Notes under the pieces: model-generated
Databases searched by the model: none
The model's input: the letters and a program-made list of their open reading frames with translations, nothing else
Told to the model about the DNA's origin: nothing
Part shown: in pieces, positions 1-9,166 of the stretch
How positions within the stretch are numbered: position 1 is the stretch's first letter
How the letters are laid out: the number at the start of each line of letters is the position of its first letter
From: an uncultured virus (IMG/VR IMGVR_UViG_3300045996_002556)
Taxonomy: Duplodnaviria > Heunggongvirae > Uroviricota > Caudoviricetes
Length of the DNA stretch: 64,000 bases
Direction: 5' to 3' (one strand)
Virus record (IMG/VR): IMGVR_UViG_3300045996_002556
Translations under genes and position numbers: made by a program

Positions 1-1
1 G

Positions 2-658
2 GGCGACCTCTACCTGTCCATCCGGGTAGCGCGGCAGTTCCCGCCGAGCCTGCGCGCCGAGCTGAAGGACAAGAGCTGGTCGTGGTTCGTCTACCTGACC
101 GACCGCACCGCGTTCCTGGGTCGGCCGGAGGAGCGCCGCGAGAAGGTCCGCCTCCTCTCTCTTGGGTGTGTCGAGATGTCGTTCGGCCGGATGAAGGAGC
201 GGGTGGAGGAGTTCCGCCGGGAGGTCGAAGCCGCCAGTTTGCACAGTACAAACTCCCCCGCACTGGATACCGGGACCGATAGCGCCCCGGCACCGGGGCC
301 GGAGTATCTGCCGCCCGATCGCGGCGAGCAGGACCGGACGTGGTTGCGGGATACGCTGGCCGAGCGCAAACCTTTCGCGGACGAGGAGCAGGTGGTAGGG
401 GAGCGCACCCAGACGCCTGCGGACATGGAGCAGGTTTGCCGCGATGTCGAGGCGCTACAGGTCGCCCTCGCCGAAGAGCAGCGCGCCCGCCGGGCCCTGG
501 AAGTGGAAATGCGGCGCCGGACCCCGGACCCGGAGCGGTGGGGGGCCGCCCTCGGTGATGCGATCTTTGACACCGATCTGGCGGAGTTCGGTACCCGAGC
601 GGCCTGCCGGAAGTGGGCGACGGAGTGCGTGCGCAAGCAGGTGGGAGGTGCGCTGTGA
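2..658 (+). CDS. Hypothetical protein, 5'-truncated
   Basis: Frame of the 176..658 ORF is open from base 2 (GDLYLSIRVARQF...); stop overlaps next GTG. Confidence 0.7.
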   Translation, partial: GDLYLSIRVARQFPPSLRAELKDKSWSWFVYLTDRTAFLGRPEERREKVRLLSLGCVEMSFGRMKERVEEFRREVEAASLHSTNSPALDTGTDSAPAPGPEYLPPDRGEQDRTWLRDTLAERKPFADEEQVVGERTQTPADMEQVCRDVEALQVALAEEQRARRALEVEMRRRTPDPERWGAALGDAIFDTDLAEFGTRAACRKWATECVRKQVGGAL

Positions 659-840
659 TCGGACAGCAGCCCGAAGCCAAGCCCATGTTCATCCCGCGCT
701 GGCCGCACCTCTGGGAGCGCGTGCCTGGCGGCTACATCTGCCAGTCGTGGTTGCGGGAGACGCAGGTCCTTACCACGTTCGGTTGCCCGGGGCGGCGCGG
801 ACGGAAGGTGGCGGATTATCGCGTGCGAGGTGACCTGTGA
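655..840 (+). CDS. Hypothetical protein
   Basis: GGAGG RBS; GTGA coupling at both ends. Confidence 0.55.
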   Translation: MIGQQPEAKPMFIPRWPHLWERVPGGYICQSWLRETQVLTTFGCPGRRGRKVADYRVRGDL

Positions 841-1712
841 GCACTCTCCGCAGCCCAATCCAGTGGTTCGGCGGCAAGGGCATGATGCTGGGCAACCTGC
901 TGCCGTTGATCCCGCCGCACGACACCTACGTGGAAGTGTTCGGCGGTGGCGCGTCGCTCCTGTTTGCCAAGAGCCCTTCCAGCGCCGAAGCCTATAACGA
1001 CCTGAACAGCGGTCTTGTAAACCTGTTCCGCGTGCTGCGGGACCCGGAGAAGTTCCAGCGCTTCCAACACATCGCGAGCCTGACCCTCTACTCCCGCGAA
1101 GAGTACCACGAGTGCCGCAATACCTGGGCAACGTGTGAAGACGAAGTGGAGAAGGCGCGCCGGTTCTTCGTGGTGGCCCGGCAATCATTCGGCGGGCGCT
1201 TCGGGGCAGGCTGGGGTTTCGCGGTCGAGAAGGATGCCTCGCGCTCCATCGCCGGGCCGTGGGCTAGCACTGTCGATGGGCTCAAGATCATTCACCAACG
1301 GCTTCGCATGGTGCAGGTCGAGCACAGCGATTTCCGCACCCTGCTCGCTCGCTATGACCGGCCCGAGACGTTCTTCTACGTCGATCCACCCTACGTAGCG
1401 GACACCCGAAAGGCTGGTGGTTACGCGCACGAGATGAGCCTGGACGACCACGCCGACCTCGTGCGGCTGCTCCTCGGACTGCAGGGGAAGGCGATGCTCT
1501 CCGGTTACGCGCACCCGCTTTACGACCCGCTGGAAGCCGCTGGTTGGGTGCGGAAGGACTTCGCAGTGTCGTGTCGGGCAGCGGGGCGCACGAAGGGCAC
1601 TGGCATTCAAGGCGAGGGCGCCGCGACCCGGATGCAGCCGCGCACCGAAAGCGTGTGGCTCTCGCCAGGTTGCGAGCAACAGCAGTCACTCTTCGGGGAG
1701 GGTCTGGAATGA
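837..1712 (+). CDS. DNA adenine methyltransferase, Dam/D12 class
   Basis: WFGGK, YVEVFGGGAS (motif I), YNDLN and FFYVDPPY (motif IV). Confidence 0.93.
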   Translation: MSTLRSPIQWFGGKGMMLGNLLPLIPPHDTYVEVFGGGASLLFAKSPSSAEAYNDLNSGLVNLFRVLRDPEKFQRFQHIASLTLYSREEYHECRNTWATCEDEVEKARRFFVVARQSFGGRFGAGWGFAVEKDASRSIAGPWASTVDGLKIIHQRLRMVQVEHSDFRTLLARYDRPETFFYVDPPYVADTRKAGGYAHEMSLDDHADLVRLLLGLQGKAMLSGYAHPLYDPLEAAGWVRKDFAVSCRAAGRTKGTGIQGEGAATRMQPRTESVWLSPGCEQQQSLFGEGLE

Positions 1713-1939
1713 ACAACGCTATCCCGTCCATCTTCCGCGAGTACTGCGAGACCTGCCAGACCGACCCCGGCATTCGCGACCGCTGGCTCGACGTGGATCA
1801 CCGCTACACCATGGCGCGCCGCCTGCTGCCTGACGGCGACCCGCTCACCATCACGGTCGGACACGAAGCGCAGACCCTCTGCGAGCTGTACGCGGCGCGC
1901 TGGAATTGCCCGCAGGCTCACCCGCGGGAGGAGTTGTAA
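1709..1939 (+). CDS. Hypothetical Cys-containing protein
   Basis: ATGA coupling to the methylase; RBS. Confidence 0.6.
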   Translation: MNNAIPSIFREYCETCQTDPGIRDRWLDVDHRYTMARRLLPDGDPLTITVGHEAQTLCELYAARWNCPQAHPREEL

Positions 1940-2259
1940 TGGCACGCCTGAAGCTGCACGGCCAACCGAAGACCACTGACCCCCTCACCGCCGCCGAAAT
2001 CCAGCGCCGGAACAACAACACGCGCCGGCTGCTGGACCTGCTCCGCGATCGCAAGCCGAAGACCACCACTCAGTGCATGGTCGCAGCCGGACTTCGCTTT
2101 GGAGCGAGGCTCCTTGAGCTTCGAGCGGCAGGATTTATGATCGACACGCACGTTCACGGCGACCACGCGGAGTACGTGCTCGTAGCGGAGCCGGGGGATA
2201 TGCCGGTTGTGCTGGATCATCGGCGACAGGCGGTCATCGTGTTTGAGGAGGCGGCGTAA
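1939..2259 (+). CDS. Winged helix-turn-helix protein
   Basis: LLDLLRD...GLRFGARLLELRAAGFMIDT matches the phage wHTH pattern. Confidence 0.65.
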   Translation: MARLKLHGQPKTTDPLTAAEIQRRNNNTRRLLDLLRDRKPKTTTQCMVAAGLRFGARLLELRAAGFMIDTHVHGDHAEYVLVAEPGDMPVVLDHRRQAVIVFEEAA

Positions 2260-2532
2260 ATGCGAACCCCGACCGTGTTTCACCCTAGCGAGTTCATCCG
2301 CGAGGAGATGGATGCCCGCGGCTGGACTGCGGAAGACCTCGCTTACCAGATGGGCGGCGAGAGCTACGCCGTCAACCTGCTCGCCATCGAGCTTTACCTG
2401 AACACCCAAGACCCTGGCGTGCGGATCGGTGACGGCGAAGACCTGGCGCGAGCGTTCGGCACCTCAGCCCGCCTGTGGACCGGCCTGGAGGCAGCGTGGC
2501 TCGCATCTCTACCGCGGGAGGCTACCCAATGA
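2260..2532 (+). CDS. HigA-like XRE-family HTH protein
   Basis: FHPSEFIREEMDARGWTAEDLA...LARAFGTSARLW. Confidence 0.8.
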   Translation: MRTPTVFHPSEFIREEMDARGWTAEDLAYQMGGESYAVNLLAIELYLNTQDPGVRIGDGEDLARAFGTSARLWTGLEAAWLASLPREATQ

Positions 2533-2735
2533 TCGTTGCCGGTTCGCTGATTACCCTACCCACCGGCCTCCGCAAGCGCGTCGTCGCCCTGAACGGCGTG
2601 CTGGGCGTGCGCTTCCGTCTGGCCCTACCCTGCACCGGCTGCCTGGTGGACGGCGAGAGCCAGGGGTGCCGGGAGTGCGGTGGGCGGAAGACGCGGCGGC
2701 GCGAGTGGTTCGAGCGCTTGGAGGAGGTGCTGTGA
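2529..2735 (+). CDS. Small zinc-ribbon protein
   Basis: CTGC...CRECGG; ATGA coupling. Confidence 0.6.
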   Translation: MIVAGSLITLPTGLRKRVVALNGVLGVRFRLALPCTGCLVDGESQGCRECGGRKTRRREWFERLEEVL

Positions 2736-2737
2736 GG

Positions 2738-3487
2738 ATGAAGACCGACACCGCAACTATCCGCTGGTGGATCAAGCAGTTCTTGGCCGGCAATCCCGAC
2801 ATCGAACCCGCTAACGAGTTCAGCACCTGCACCGCCGCCGAGTTGGCCGCGCAGTGTGGCCGCCGCTTCGTGCGGAAGGCAGGGCTCGCCGTGAAGGTGG
2901 CGCAGGAAGGCCGCTGGGTGCGCCTCACCCGCATCGCAGGGCAGGGGCAGCCTCCGCAGACCGCCGAGGAGCGCATCGTCCACTTCGCGGCGCCCCGGCT
3001 ATCTGCTACGTGGGGGGCGGGCTCGATCACCCTTCCTGCGAGCGACACGCGCAAGGGGAGAGTTACCTGTGTGCGCTCGATGCTGCGGAGGGGCAGGACC
3101 ATGCCTGAAGCCACCACCGACCCGCGCCGGAGCGTGCCGGTCCCCGCAGGGTCGCCGAGTCGCGAACTAAAGCACCCGTGCCGGAGTGCTGGCGGCGGGT
3201 GGACCGGCTGGGGTGCCGGTTGGCTACTGCGGCTCGGAAAGTTCGGCTTCTGCGTCATCCAGCCCCTTGCCGATCCATTCGGCTACGAGGTCCTGATTGG
3301 TGACGCGCTTCTTCTTCCGAGTGTGCAGTCGAGCCCGAACGGACATCAGCCGCTCGTACTCCGCGTGGGGGATGGTGACCGACAGGCGCACGCCTTCCGG
3401 TCTTGTTGGGTTTTCAGCCATTACAAGAGTCATTCTACTCCCCCTAACGCGCTTGCGTCAGTGCGGTTACGCGCAAGTGGAGTATAA
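2738..3487 (+). CDS. Hypothetical protein; 3' part doubtful because it overlaps the antisense RHH gene
   Basis: ATG after GGAGG; credible coding only to about 3108. Confidence 0.35.
   Translation: MKTDTATIRWWIKQFLAGNPDIEPANEFSTCTAAELAAQCGRRFVRKAGLAVKVAQEGRWVRLTRIAGQGQPPQTAEERIVHFAAPRLSATWGAGSITLPASDTRKGRVTCVRSMLRRGRTMPEATTDPRRSVPVPAGSPSRELKHPCRSAGGGWTGWGAGWLLRLGKFGFCVIQPLADPFGYEVLIGDALLLPSVQSSPNGHQPLVLRVGDGDRQAHAFRSCWVFSHYKSHSTPPNALASVRLRASGV
3224..3421 (-). CDS. Ribbon-helix-helix-like regulator
   Basis: VRLSVTIP strand followed by two helices (EYERLMSVRARL, NQDLVAEWIGKGL); divergent from the DUF5131 gene. Confidence 0.6.
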   Translation of the reverse strand: MAENPTRPEGVRLSVTIPHAEYERLMSVRARLHTRKKKRVTNQDLVAEWIGKGLDDAEAELSEPQ

Positions 3488-3552
3488 CGCAAAATCCCAT
3501 CCTCGCAAACCCGCACTTACTACTTTACGTAAACGCGCATTTAAGCTAGAAT
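3432..3552. promoter_or_regulatory. Divergent sigma70-type promoters
   Basis: + strand TTTACG(3524)-17 nt-TAGAAT(3547); - strand TAGAAT at 3432-3437; CTTGCG...CGCAAG inverted repeat between them. Confidence 0.6.
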
Positions 3553-3569
3553 AGGGGCAGGAGAACACC

Positions 3570-4727
3570 ATGGCAGATAACAGCAGCATTGAATGGACTG
3601 ACGCCACCTGGCCTGTGACCGCAGGCTGCGAAAAGCCCTCGCCAGGGTGTAAGTTCTGTTACGCCGAGGTGATGTCCGGGCGCCTCGCCGCGATGGCCCA
3701 GACGGATTTGGACGCGAGCCGGGACCCCGGTAAGAAGCGCGTCTACCTGCAGGTCGTCAATCAGAAGGACGGCCGCGGCGCGGGCGGCTACGGGCCGAAG
3801 TCCGGCTGGAACCGCAAGGTGGTTACCCTGCCGGAGCGCCTGGAGGAGCCGCTGCGCTGGAAGAAGCCGCGCCGAGTGTTCGTGAACTCGATGTCGGACC
3901 TGTTTCACCGGGACGTGCCGTTCGAGTTCATTGACCGCGTATTTGCCGTGATGGCGCTTTGCCCCCAGCACACCTTCCAGGTGCTCACGAAGCGGCCAGA
4001 GCGGATGGCGGAGTACTTCGGCCGCACCGATACGCCCCGCCGCATCGGCGTGGCAATCACCGTCCAGCTTCACGGTGAGCGTGCCGTGAATGAGGGTTAT
4101 TGGCCTCAGGCACAGCGGGACGCATGGACTTGCTCGCTGCCGCTCCCGAACGTGTGGCTTGGAACCTCCGTCGAGGACCAGCAGCGCGCCGACGAACGTA
4201 TCCCGCACCTGCTCCGCTGCCCGGCGGCGGTCCGGTTCTTGAGCTGCGAGCCGCTGCTAGGGCCGGTGGATCTAGAGAAAGCCTCGCGCCGTTCCTGCGG
4301 ACTCTGCGGCGGTACTGGCGTGCGCTTCTACGGTCACGAGTGGAAGGAGAGCGGCCCCTGCCCGGAGTGCGGCGGCAATGGGCTAGCCAGGCTTCAGGTT
4401 GGCTGGGAAAGTGGCCTGGATTGGATCATCATCGGCGGCGAGTCCGGACACGGCGCCCGGCCCTGCGACCTCCGAGACATTCGCTCCCTCGTGCAGCAGT
4501 GCGAAGCTGCCGGCGTGCCCTGTTTCGTGAAGCAAGTCGGCGCCCGGCCTCTCGTCTCAATCGACAACCCGAACAACACTACGCAAGACACCGGGCGCCT
4601 GGTGCCGGGCCGCATCAGCGATGCCAAAGGCGGAGTGATGTCCGACTGGCCGAGTGACCTGCGCGTGCGCCAGATGCCGGCCGCAGCGGAGCGGGACGGG
4701 GGAGCGCGGAAGCTGGCACTGCGATGA
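3570..4727 (+). CDS. Phage Gp37/Gp68 (DUF5131) family protein
   Basis: SSIEWTDATW..GC..SPGC..CYA, VFVNSMSDLFH, HTFQVLTKRP, NVWLGTSVE, FLSCEPLL, WIIIGGESG, FVKQ. Confidence 0.95.
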   Translation: MADNSSIEWTDATWPVTAGCEKPSPGCKFCYAEVMSGRLAAMAQTDLDASRDPGKKRVYLQVVNQKDGRGAGGYGPKSGWNRKVVTLPERLEEPLRWKKPRRVFVNSMSDLFHRDVPFEFIDRVFAVMALCPQHTFQVLTKRPERMAEYFGRTDTPRRIGVAITVQLHGERAVNEGYWPQAQRDAWTCSLPLPNVWLGTSVEDQQRADERIPHLLRCPAAVRFLSCEPLLGPVDLEKASRRSCGLCGGTGVRFYGHEWKESGPCPECGGNGLARLQVGWESGLDWIIIGGESGHGARPCDLRDIRSLVQQCEAAGVPCFVKQVGARPLVSIDNPNNTTQDTGRLVPGRISDAKGGVMSDWPSDLRVRQMPAAAERDGGARKLALR

Positions 4728-5014
4728 ACATCTGCGCCACCTGCAACCGCTCCAAGGGCACTGGCCCTTGCGAATATTGCGCCAGCCAACCGCAGCCCAC
4801 GCCGGACTGCTGCGAGGTCTGGCCGCGCATCGTCGGGCAGTTCCACTGGTTCCACGACAGAGAGCAACCCAGCACCCTGCTAATGCCGCACGTCCCTACT
4901 TTCGGCGGAGACTGGCGGGTTAACTTCTGCCCCTCTTGTGGCGCGAACCGTCGCGGGGTCTTGGTGCCAACCGCGGTAGTGCGAGCCTCTCGCGAGGAGC
5001 TGCGAGCCGGATGA
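4724..5014 (+). CDS. Cys-rich hypothetical protein
   Basis: Three CxxC pairs, C-terminal NFCPSCGA. Confidence 0.65.
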   Translation: MNICATCNRSKGTGPCEYCASQPQPTPDCCEVWPRIVGQFHWFHDREQPSTLLMPHVPTFGGDWRVNFCPSCGANRRGVLVPTAVVRASREELRAG

Positions 5015-5760
5015 CCACGACGCATCGTTCCGTCTTCCTGGCTGGCCCCCACGTCCGCACCTGGGCACCCCAGCTCTTCGCCCTCGATGACGCGGCGCCG
5101 GAGTGCCCGCCGACCTACGGCGAGTGGACCTACGCCGGACCGTGGACCGGACGCGATTGGCGTCCGCAGTTGCGTGGCGCATCCGCGCTGTTCGGATGGG
5201 TCGATCGAGACCTGGACGAATGGACCGCGGCGCTGCTCGGGTTTGCTAATGCGTGCGGCGTGCCCGCGTTCCTCTATACCAACGTGCCGCTGGGTGCGAT
5301 GCCGCATCAGTTGGCTACCGTAAGCGAGGCGGGCTCGGTGGCCGACGCGTTTGAGGACTTCGCGACCACCGCTGACGAGGAAATCCGGTTTCGGACTTGT
5401 CTCCGGGCTGCTCAGCAGGAACTCACTGAAACCTATCGGCTAGCTCGTCGGCGCCTCGCACCGGAAGGCATCACCCGCGGCTGGGTCTACCTCGTCCAGT
5501 CCGGCGCGATGTTCAAGATCGGGATGACGCGGGACCTGGACGAGCGGCTGCGCACCGTCAACCTGCAGACGCCGGAGCGGCCGGACCTCATCCACACCCT
5601 CTATGCGGCGGAGGTGGAGCTGTGCGAGAAGTTCTTGCACGCCGTGTTCCGCGGGAAGCGCCGCGATCGGAGCGAGTGGTTCCGGTTGTCCGAGCGCGAG
5701 GTAGCGTGGATGCGGGGGCTGCGGGAGTGGCGAGCGAAGGAGTGGATACAGCATGGCTAG
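5011..5760 (+). CDS. NDT-like domain fused to GIY-YIG (T5orf172/MUG113-type) domain
   Basis: N-term VFLAGP...LGFANACGVP; C-term GWVYLV..FKIGMT..ERL..EKFLH..SEWFRL. Confidence 0.8.
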   Translation: MTTTHRSVFLAGPHVRTWAPQLFALDDAAPECPPTYGEWTYAGPWTGRDWRPQLRGASALFGWVDRDLDEWTAALLGFANACGVPAFLYTNVPLGAMPHQLATVSEAGSVADAFEDFATTADEEIRFRTCLRAAQQELTETYRLARRRLAPEGITRGWVYLVQSGAMFKIGMTRDLDERLRTVNLQTPERPDLIHTLYAAEVELCEKFLHAVFRGKRRDRSEWFRLSEREVAWMRGLREWRAKEWIQHG

Positions 5761-6559
5761 GCAAGGACCCGAAGTTGGGAAGAAGGTGCGCTTTGAAGTC
5801 TTCAAGCGTGACAACTTCAAATGTCAATACTGCGGCAAAGGCTCGCCGGATGTCATTCTGCATCTTGACCACATCAAGCCGAAGGATGCCGGCGGGGGTA
5901 ACGACATCCCCAATCTCATCACCTCCTGCCAAGATTGCAACCTCGGCAAAGGTGCCCGACTGCTAGACGACAAGACAGTCGTCGCCAAGCAGCGCGAGCA
6001 ACTCGAAGAGCTGCAGGAGCGTCGTGAGCAATTGGAGATGATGCTCCAGTGGCGCGAAGGGCTGATGAGCATTGAGGACGACAAGCTCAATCGCGCTCGC
6101 GAGCAATACGAAACACGGGTCCGCTGCCGGCTCACCGAGGTCGGGGTTAACCTGCTCCGCAAGTGGATTAAGCAGTACGACTTTGCAGAACTGCTGGACG
6201 CGATCGACACGTCCACTGCGCAGTATCTCGTCCCCGAGGGCGATTGGTATACCCGCGACTCCCTGGAGAAGGCTTTTAACTTCATTCCGCGCATCCTCAA
6301 CGTGCAGGCAGCCGAAAAGGACAAGCCTTACCTGCGGGACCTGTTCTACATTCGCGGGATTCTCCGTAAGCGGCTGGCGTACTGCGACGAACGCAAAGCA
6401 CTTCAACTACTAGAGTCCGCGCACCTTGCCGGCGCTACTATCCCCAACCTTAAAAGCTTCGCGTGCGAAGTGCGGAACTGGACCAAGTTCCAGACTGGCA
6501 TCTACCAGTTCCTGGCCGACCATGGCGCCGACGACACCGACGGCCCCATCGCAGAGTAG
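5753..6559 (+). CDS. HNH endonuclease with C-terminal extension
   Basis: RFEVFKRDNFKCQYCG..LHLDHIKP..GGNDIPNLITSCQDCNLGK. Confidence 0.92.
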   Translation: MARQGPEVGKKVRFEVFKRDNFKCQYCGKGSPDVILHLDHIKPKDAGGGNDIPNLITSCQDCNLGKGARLLDDKTVVAKQREQLEELQERREQLEMMLQWREGLMSIEDDKLNRAREQYETRVRCRLTEVGVNLLRKWIKQYDFAELLDAIDTSTAQYLVPEGDWYTRDSLEKAFNFIPRILNVQAAEKDKPYLRDLFYIRGILRKRLAYCDERKALQLLESAHLAGATIPNLKSFACEVRNWTKFQTGIYQFLADHGADDTDGPIAE

Positions 6560-6568
6560 GACGCATTA

Positions 6569-7804
6569 ATGGCGAAGCGTGGGATTCTCAACCACCCCAA
6601 GATACTTCGTATGTCCCATCGCTTGGGCATTTCCCAGCCGCACGCCGTCGGGCTTATGGAAGTCTTCTGGCAATGGGTGGCTCAGCACCGGCCGAACGGC
6701 GACCTGTCAGAACTCGAACCCGAGGTGATTACCGGCGCCATTTGCCATCCCGATGACCCTGAGAGGTTTTGGCACACGCTCGTAGAGGTCCGCTGGATTG
6801 ATGCCTGCGAGGGCGGCGCCTTCATCGTACACGACTGGAACGAGCACGCCGACGACACGATCCACGTTCACCTGGCACGCAAAAAGCAGTGGTTTGCGAA
6901 TGGGGCAGCACCCAAGACAGTCAGGCTCGCCAAAGCAGAGCGTGAGGTCATTGACGCCTATTACCAAACCCATGAACCGCCGCGCGCATTTGTGCGCTCT
7001 ATAGAGCGCACTGCCCCTTGCCCCTTGCCCCTTGCCCCTTGCCGTGTTTCTGATGGATTGATTGAAGCGGGCACGCCTGAAACACTCACCCTTCAGGACG
7101 AAGCACCGCCCTCGCAGGACGAAATCCTGAACGCTCCCCCCGGAGACGAACACGAAGCTCGTTCTAGCCAGGGCGTTGTAGTCCCGTTGAACCAGACCGT
7201 AAGCCAGGATGATGCCACGCGACTTCCGTTCGTGGGCGATGGCACACCGGAGCCAGAGTTGCCGCCAAACCTGCCGCCTCTCGGTGACGGAACCCGCCGC
7301 CTTACTGGGGAGGAGTCCGCAGCGATGACTGAGGGGCTGCGGCGAATGGGGCGCACGATGGAGTGCCTCAGCGAGGCGTATGATGTCCGGCGATTGTTCA
7401 CGGTGGGCTGCCCGGTCGGAGTGTTCCTGCAAGTTCTGGACGATTTGACTAACGCCGACGGGCAGCTCGTAGTTACGAAGTTCGGCGTCACGAAGCCCAT
7501 TAAGAGTTTGAGTTACGTGGTGCGCTGTATTGAAACCCGCCAAGAACAGATAGCCGCCAACAGCGAATCGGCAAACCGAGACCTCAATGAACAAACCACT
7601 ACTCATCGACCCGAACAGCGTCCCGCCGCCAGTCGATCGCGGACGCATCCTCGAACTCACCGCCCAGGCCGCGAGGGCGGCGAAGCGCGCCGAGATGGCG
7701 CTGGAGCCCGGGACATCGAGCGGTGGGCTCACGCCGCTCAGAGCCGTGTCGCTGACCTCGGAGCCGACGATCAAGGGCAGCCCTGGCACGAAGACATGCC
7801 CTGA
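6569..7804 (+). CDS. Phage replication initiator-like protein
   Basis: N-term HPKILRM..AVGL..FWQW..GDL..L..W..HDW pattern; position before a DnaC-like gene. Confidence 0.7.
   Translation: MAKRGILNHPKILRMSHRLGISQPHAVGLMEVFWQWVAQHRPNGDLSELEPEVITGAICHPDDPERFWHTLVEVRWIDACEGGAFIVHDWNEHADDTIHVHLARKKQWFANGAAPKTVRLAKAEREVIDAYYQTHEPPRAFVRSIERTAPCPLPLAPCRVSDGLIEAGTPETLTLQDEAPPSQDEILNAPPGDEHEARSSQGVVVPLNQTVSQDDATRLPFVGDGTPEPELPPNLPPLGDGTRRLTGEESAAMTEGLRRMGRTMECLSEAYDVRRLFTVGCPVGVFLQVLDDLTNADGQLVVTKFGVTKPIKSLSYVVRCIETRQEQIAANSESANRDLNEQTTTHRPEQRPAASRSRTHPRTHRPGREGGEARRDGAGARDIERWAHAAQSRVADLGADDQGQPWHEDMP
7013..7043 (+). repeat. Heptamer tandem repeat (GCCCCTT)x4 plus partial copy
   Basis: Read directly from the sequence, inside the initiator CDS. 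Confidence 0.95.
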
Positions 7805-8567
7805 TTGCCAGGGGGAGATCGCCAAGGTGTTGACCGAGCCAGCCTCCTGGCTGCATGTTTGGGACTGGCCGGCGCATTCCTGCCCGGAGCGCGGCGCCCG
7901 CGAGGCCGCAGAGCAGGCCGAGTACGAAGCGCGGCGGGCGGAATGGCTGAAGAACCCGCCGGACGAGCGCGTGCAGTCCGTGCGGGAGCGGTGCCGCTTG
8001 CCGCACTGGACGCCGGCCGGCTTGTTCCGCCTAAAGGCGATGCCGGATTACGACCCGCGGAAGTGCCCCGGCGTGAAGGAGCTGCGCAGGCATCGGGAGA
8101 TGTGGCTGGCCGCTTCCCGGCCAGAGCGCGGGCTGTGGCTGTGGGGCGAGACCGGGCTGCGCAAAACCGCCGCGATGTGCGGGCTGCTGTTCGATCTGAA
8201 CCACCAGACGGACCAGAGCGCGGTGTACTGGAAGTTCCTGAACCTCCTCAACCACGCTCGCAAGAAAGCGGGGCGCGAAGAGAACGACTACAACCCGGGG
8301 CAGATCGCTTCCGCCGGCTGCTTTCTGCTGGATGATCTGGGCACCTTTCGCCCCACGAAATTCGCGATCGATCTGCTGTTCGACCTGGTGGATACCGCGT
8401 ATGACGGCGGGCCGCTGGGGGCGCGGCAGACCCTCTACGTCACCAGCAACGAACCACCGGACGAGGTGATGGAGCTGCTCAACGATGTGCCCGAGCATCC
8501 CGGCATGGGGAAGCGCATCGTGCGCCGGCTCGTTCAGATCACGGATGTAGTCGAGGTGAAGCAGTGA
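7587..8567 (+). CDS. DnaC/IstB-like AAA+ helicase loader
   Basis: GLWLWGETGLRKT (atypical Walker A), FLLDDLG (Walker B), VTSN, RIVRRL; N-terminal Cys cluster. Confidence 0.8.
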   Translation: MNKPLLIDPNSVPPPVDRGRILELTAQAARAAKRAEMALEPGTSSGGLTPLRAVSLTSEPTIKGSPGTKTCPDCQGEIAKVLTEPASWLHVWDWPAHSCPERGAREAAEQAEYEARRAEWLKNPPDERVQSVRERCRLPHWTPAGLFRLKAMPDYDPRKCPGVKELRRHREMWLAASRPERGLWLWGETGLRKTAAMCGLLFDLNHQTDQSAVYWKFLNLLNHARKKAGREENDYNPGQIASAGCFLLDDLGTFRPTKFAIDLLFDLVDTAYDGGPLGARQTLYVTSNEPPDEVMELLNDVPEHPGMGKRIVRRLVQITDVVEVKQ

Positions 8568-8788
8568 GCCTGCCTACCGAACGCCGTCTTGCCGCAGAAC
8601 GCCGCACCTGGTATACCGCGGCCGACATCAATCAACTGCCGCCTCTGTGTACTAATCGCGACTCGCAGTGTACTAGCGGCGCTGACCCTCGACCGGGGAT
8701 GGTGCGCGTGCTCCTCGCCGGCGACCTCCAGCCCCTCCCGCTAGCGACACAGCTACTACACCGCACCCCTCCTCAGGCCGAGCTTTAG
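8564..8788 (+). CDS. Hypothetical protein
   Basis: GTGA coupling only. Confidence 0.4.
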   Translation: MSLPTERRLAAERRTWYTAADINQLPPLCTNRDSQCTSGADPRPGMVRVLLAGDLQPLPLATQLLHRTPPQAEL

Positions 8789-8800
8789 GTCAGGAAATTA

Positions 8801-9166
8801 ATGGAACACATCGTTTGCTACAGCGGCGGGCACAGCTCCGCCCTTACCGCCATCGAAGTGGCGCGTCAGCACGGCACGGAAGACCTGGTGCTGGTGAACC
8901 ACGACATCCACCCGAGCGTGGAGGCGGAGTCGATCAAGCGGTTCAAGCGCGAAGTAGCGGCGTATATCGGCGTGCCGATCACCTACGCGAACATGCCGGG
9001 CTGGGACACGAAGGACCAGTTCCAGGTGGCGGTGGAGGCGAGCGCCTTCAAGGTGGATAGTGTCATCATCCGCTCGCCTGCCGGTCACTACGTCGCCGGT
9101 TGGGATGTATGCCGCGCCTGCCGCGAGTCCATCCTGCAGGGCATCGAAGGCGCGGTGACGCTGTGA
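8801..9166 (+). pseudogene. Truncated PP-loop (PAPS-reductase-like) phage protein fused to an unrelated tail
   Basis: HIVCYSGGHSS PP-loop but only 121 aa; family-like sequence ends at AFKV. Confidence 0.6.

Noticed and set aside
837..6559. Methylase plus HNH/GIY-YIG as a restriction-modification system
   Set aside because: Not adjacent; orphan Dam-like methylases and free-standing nucleases are routine in phage early regions
7013..7590. Repeat slippage creating an initiator-loader fusion
   Set aside because: TGA at 7059 blocks the loader frame immediately after the repeat
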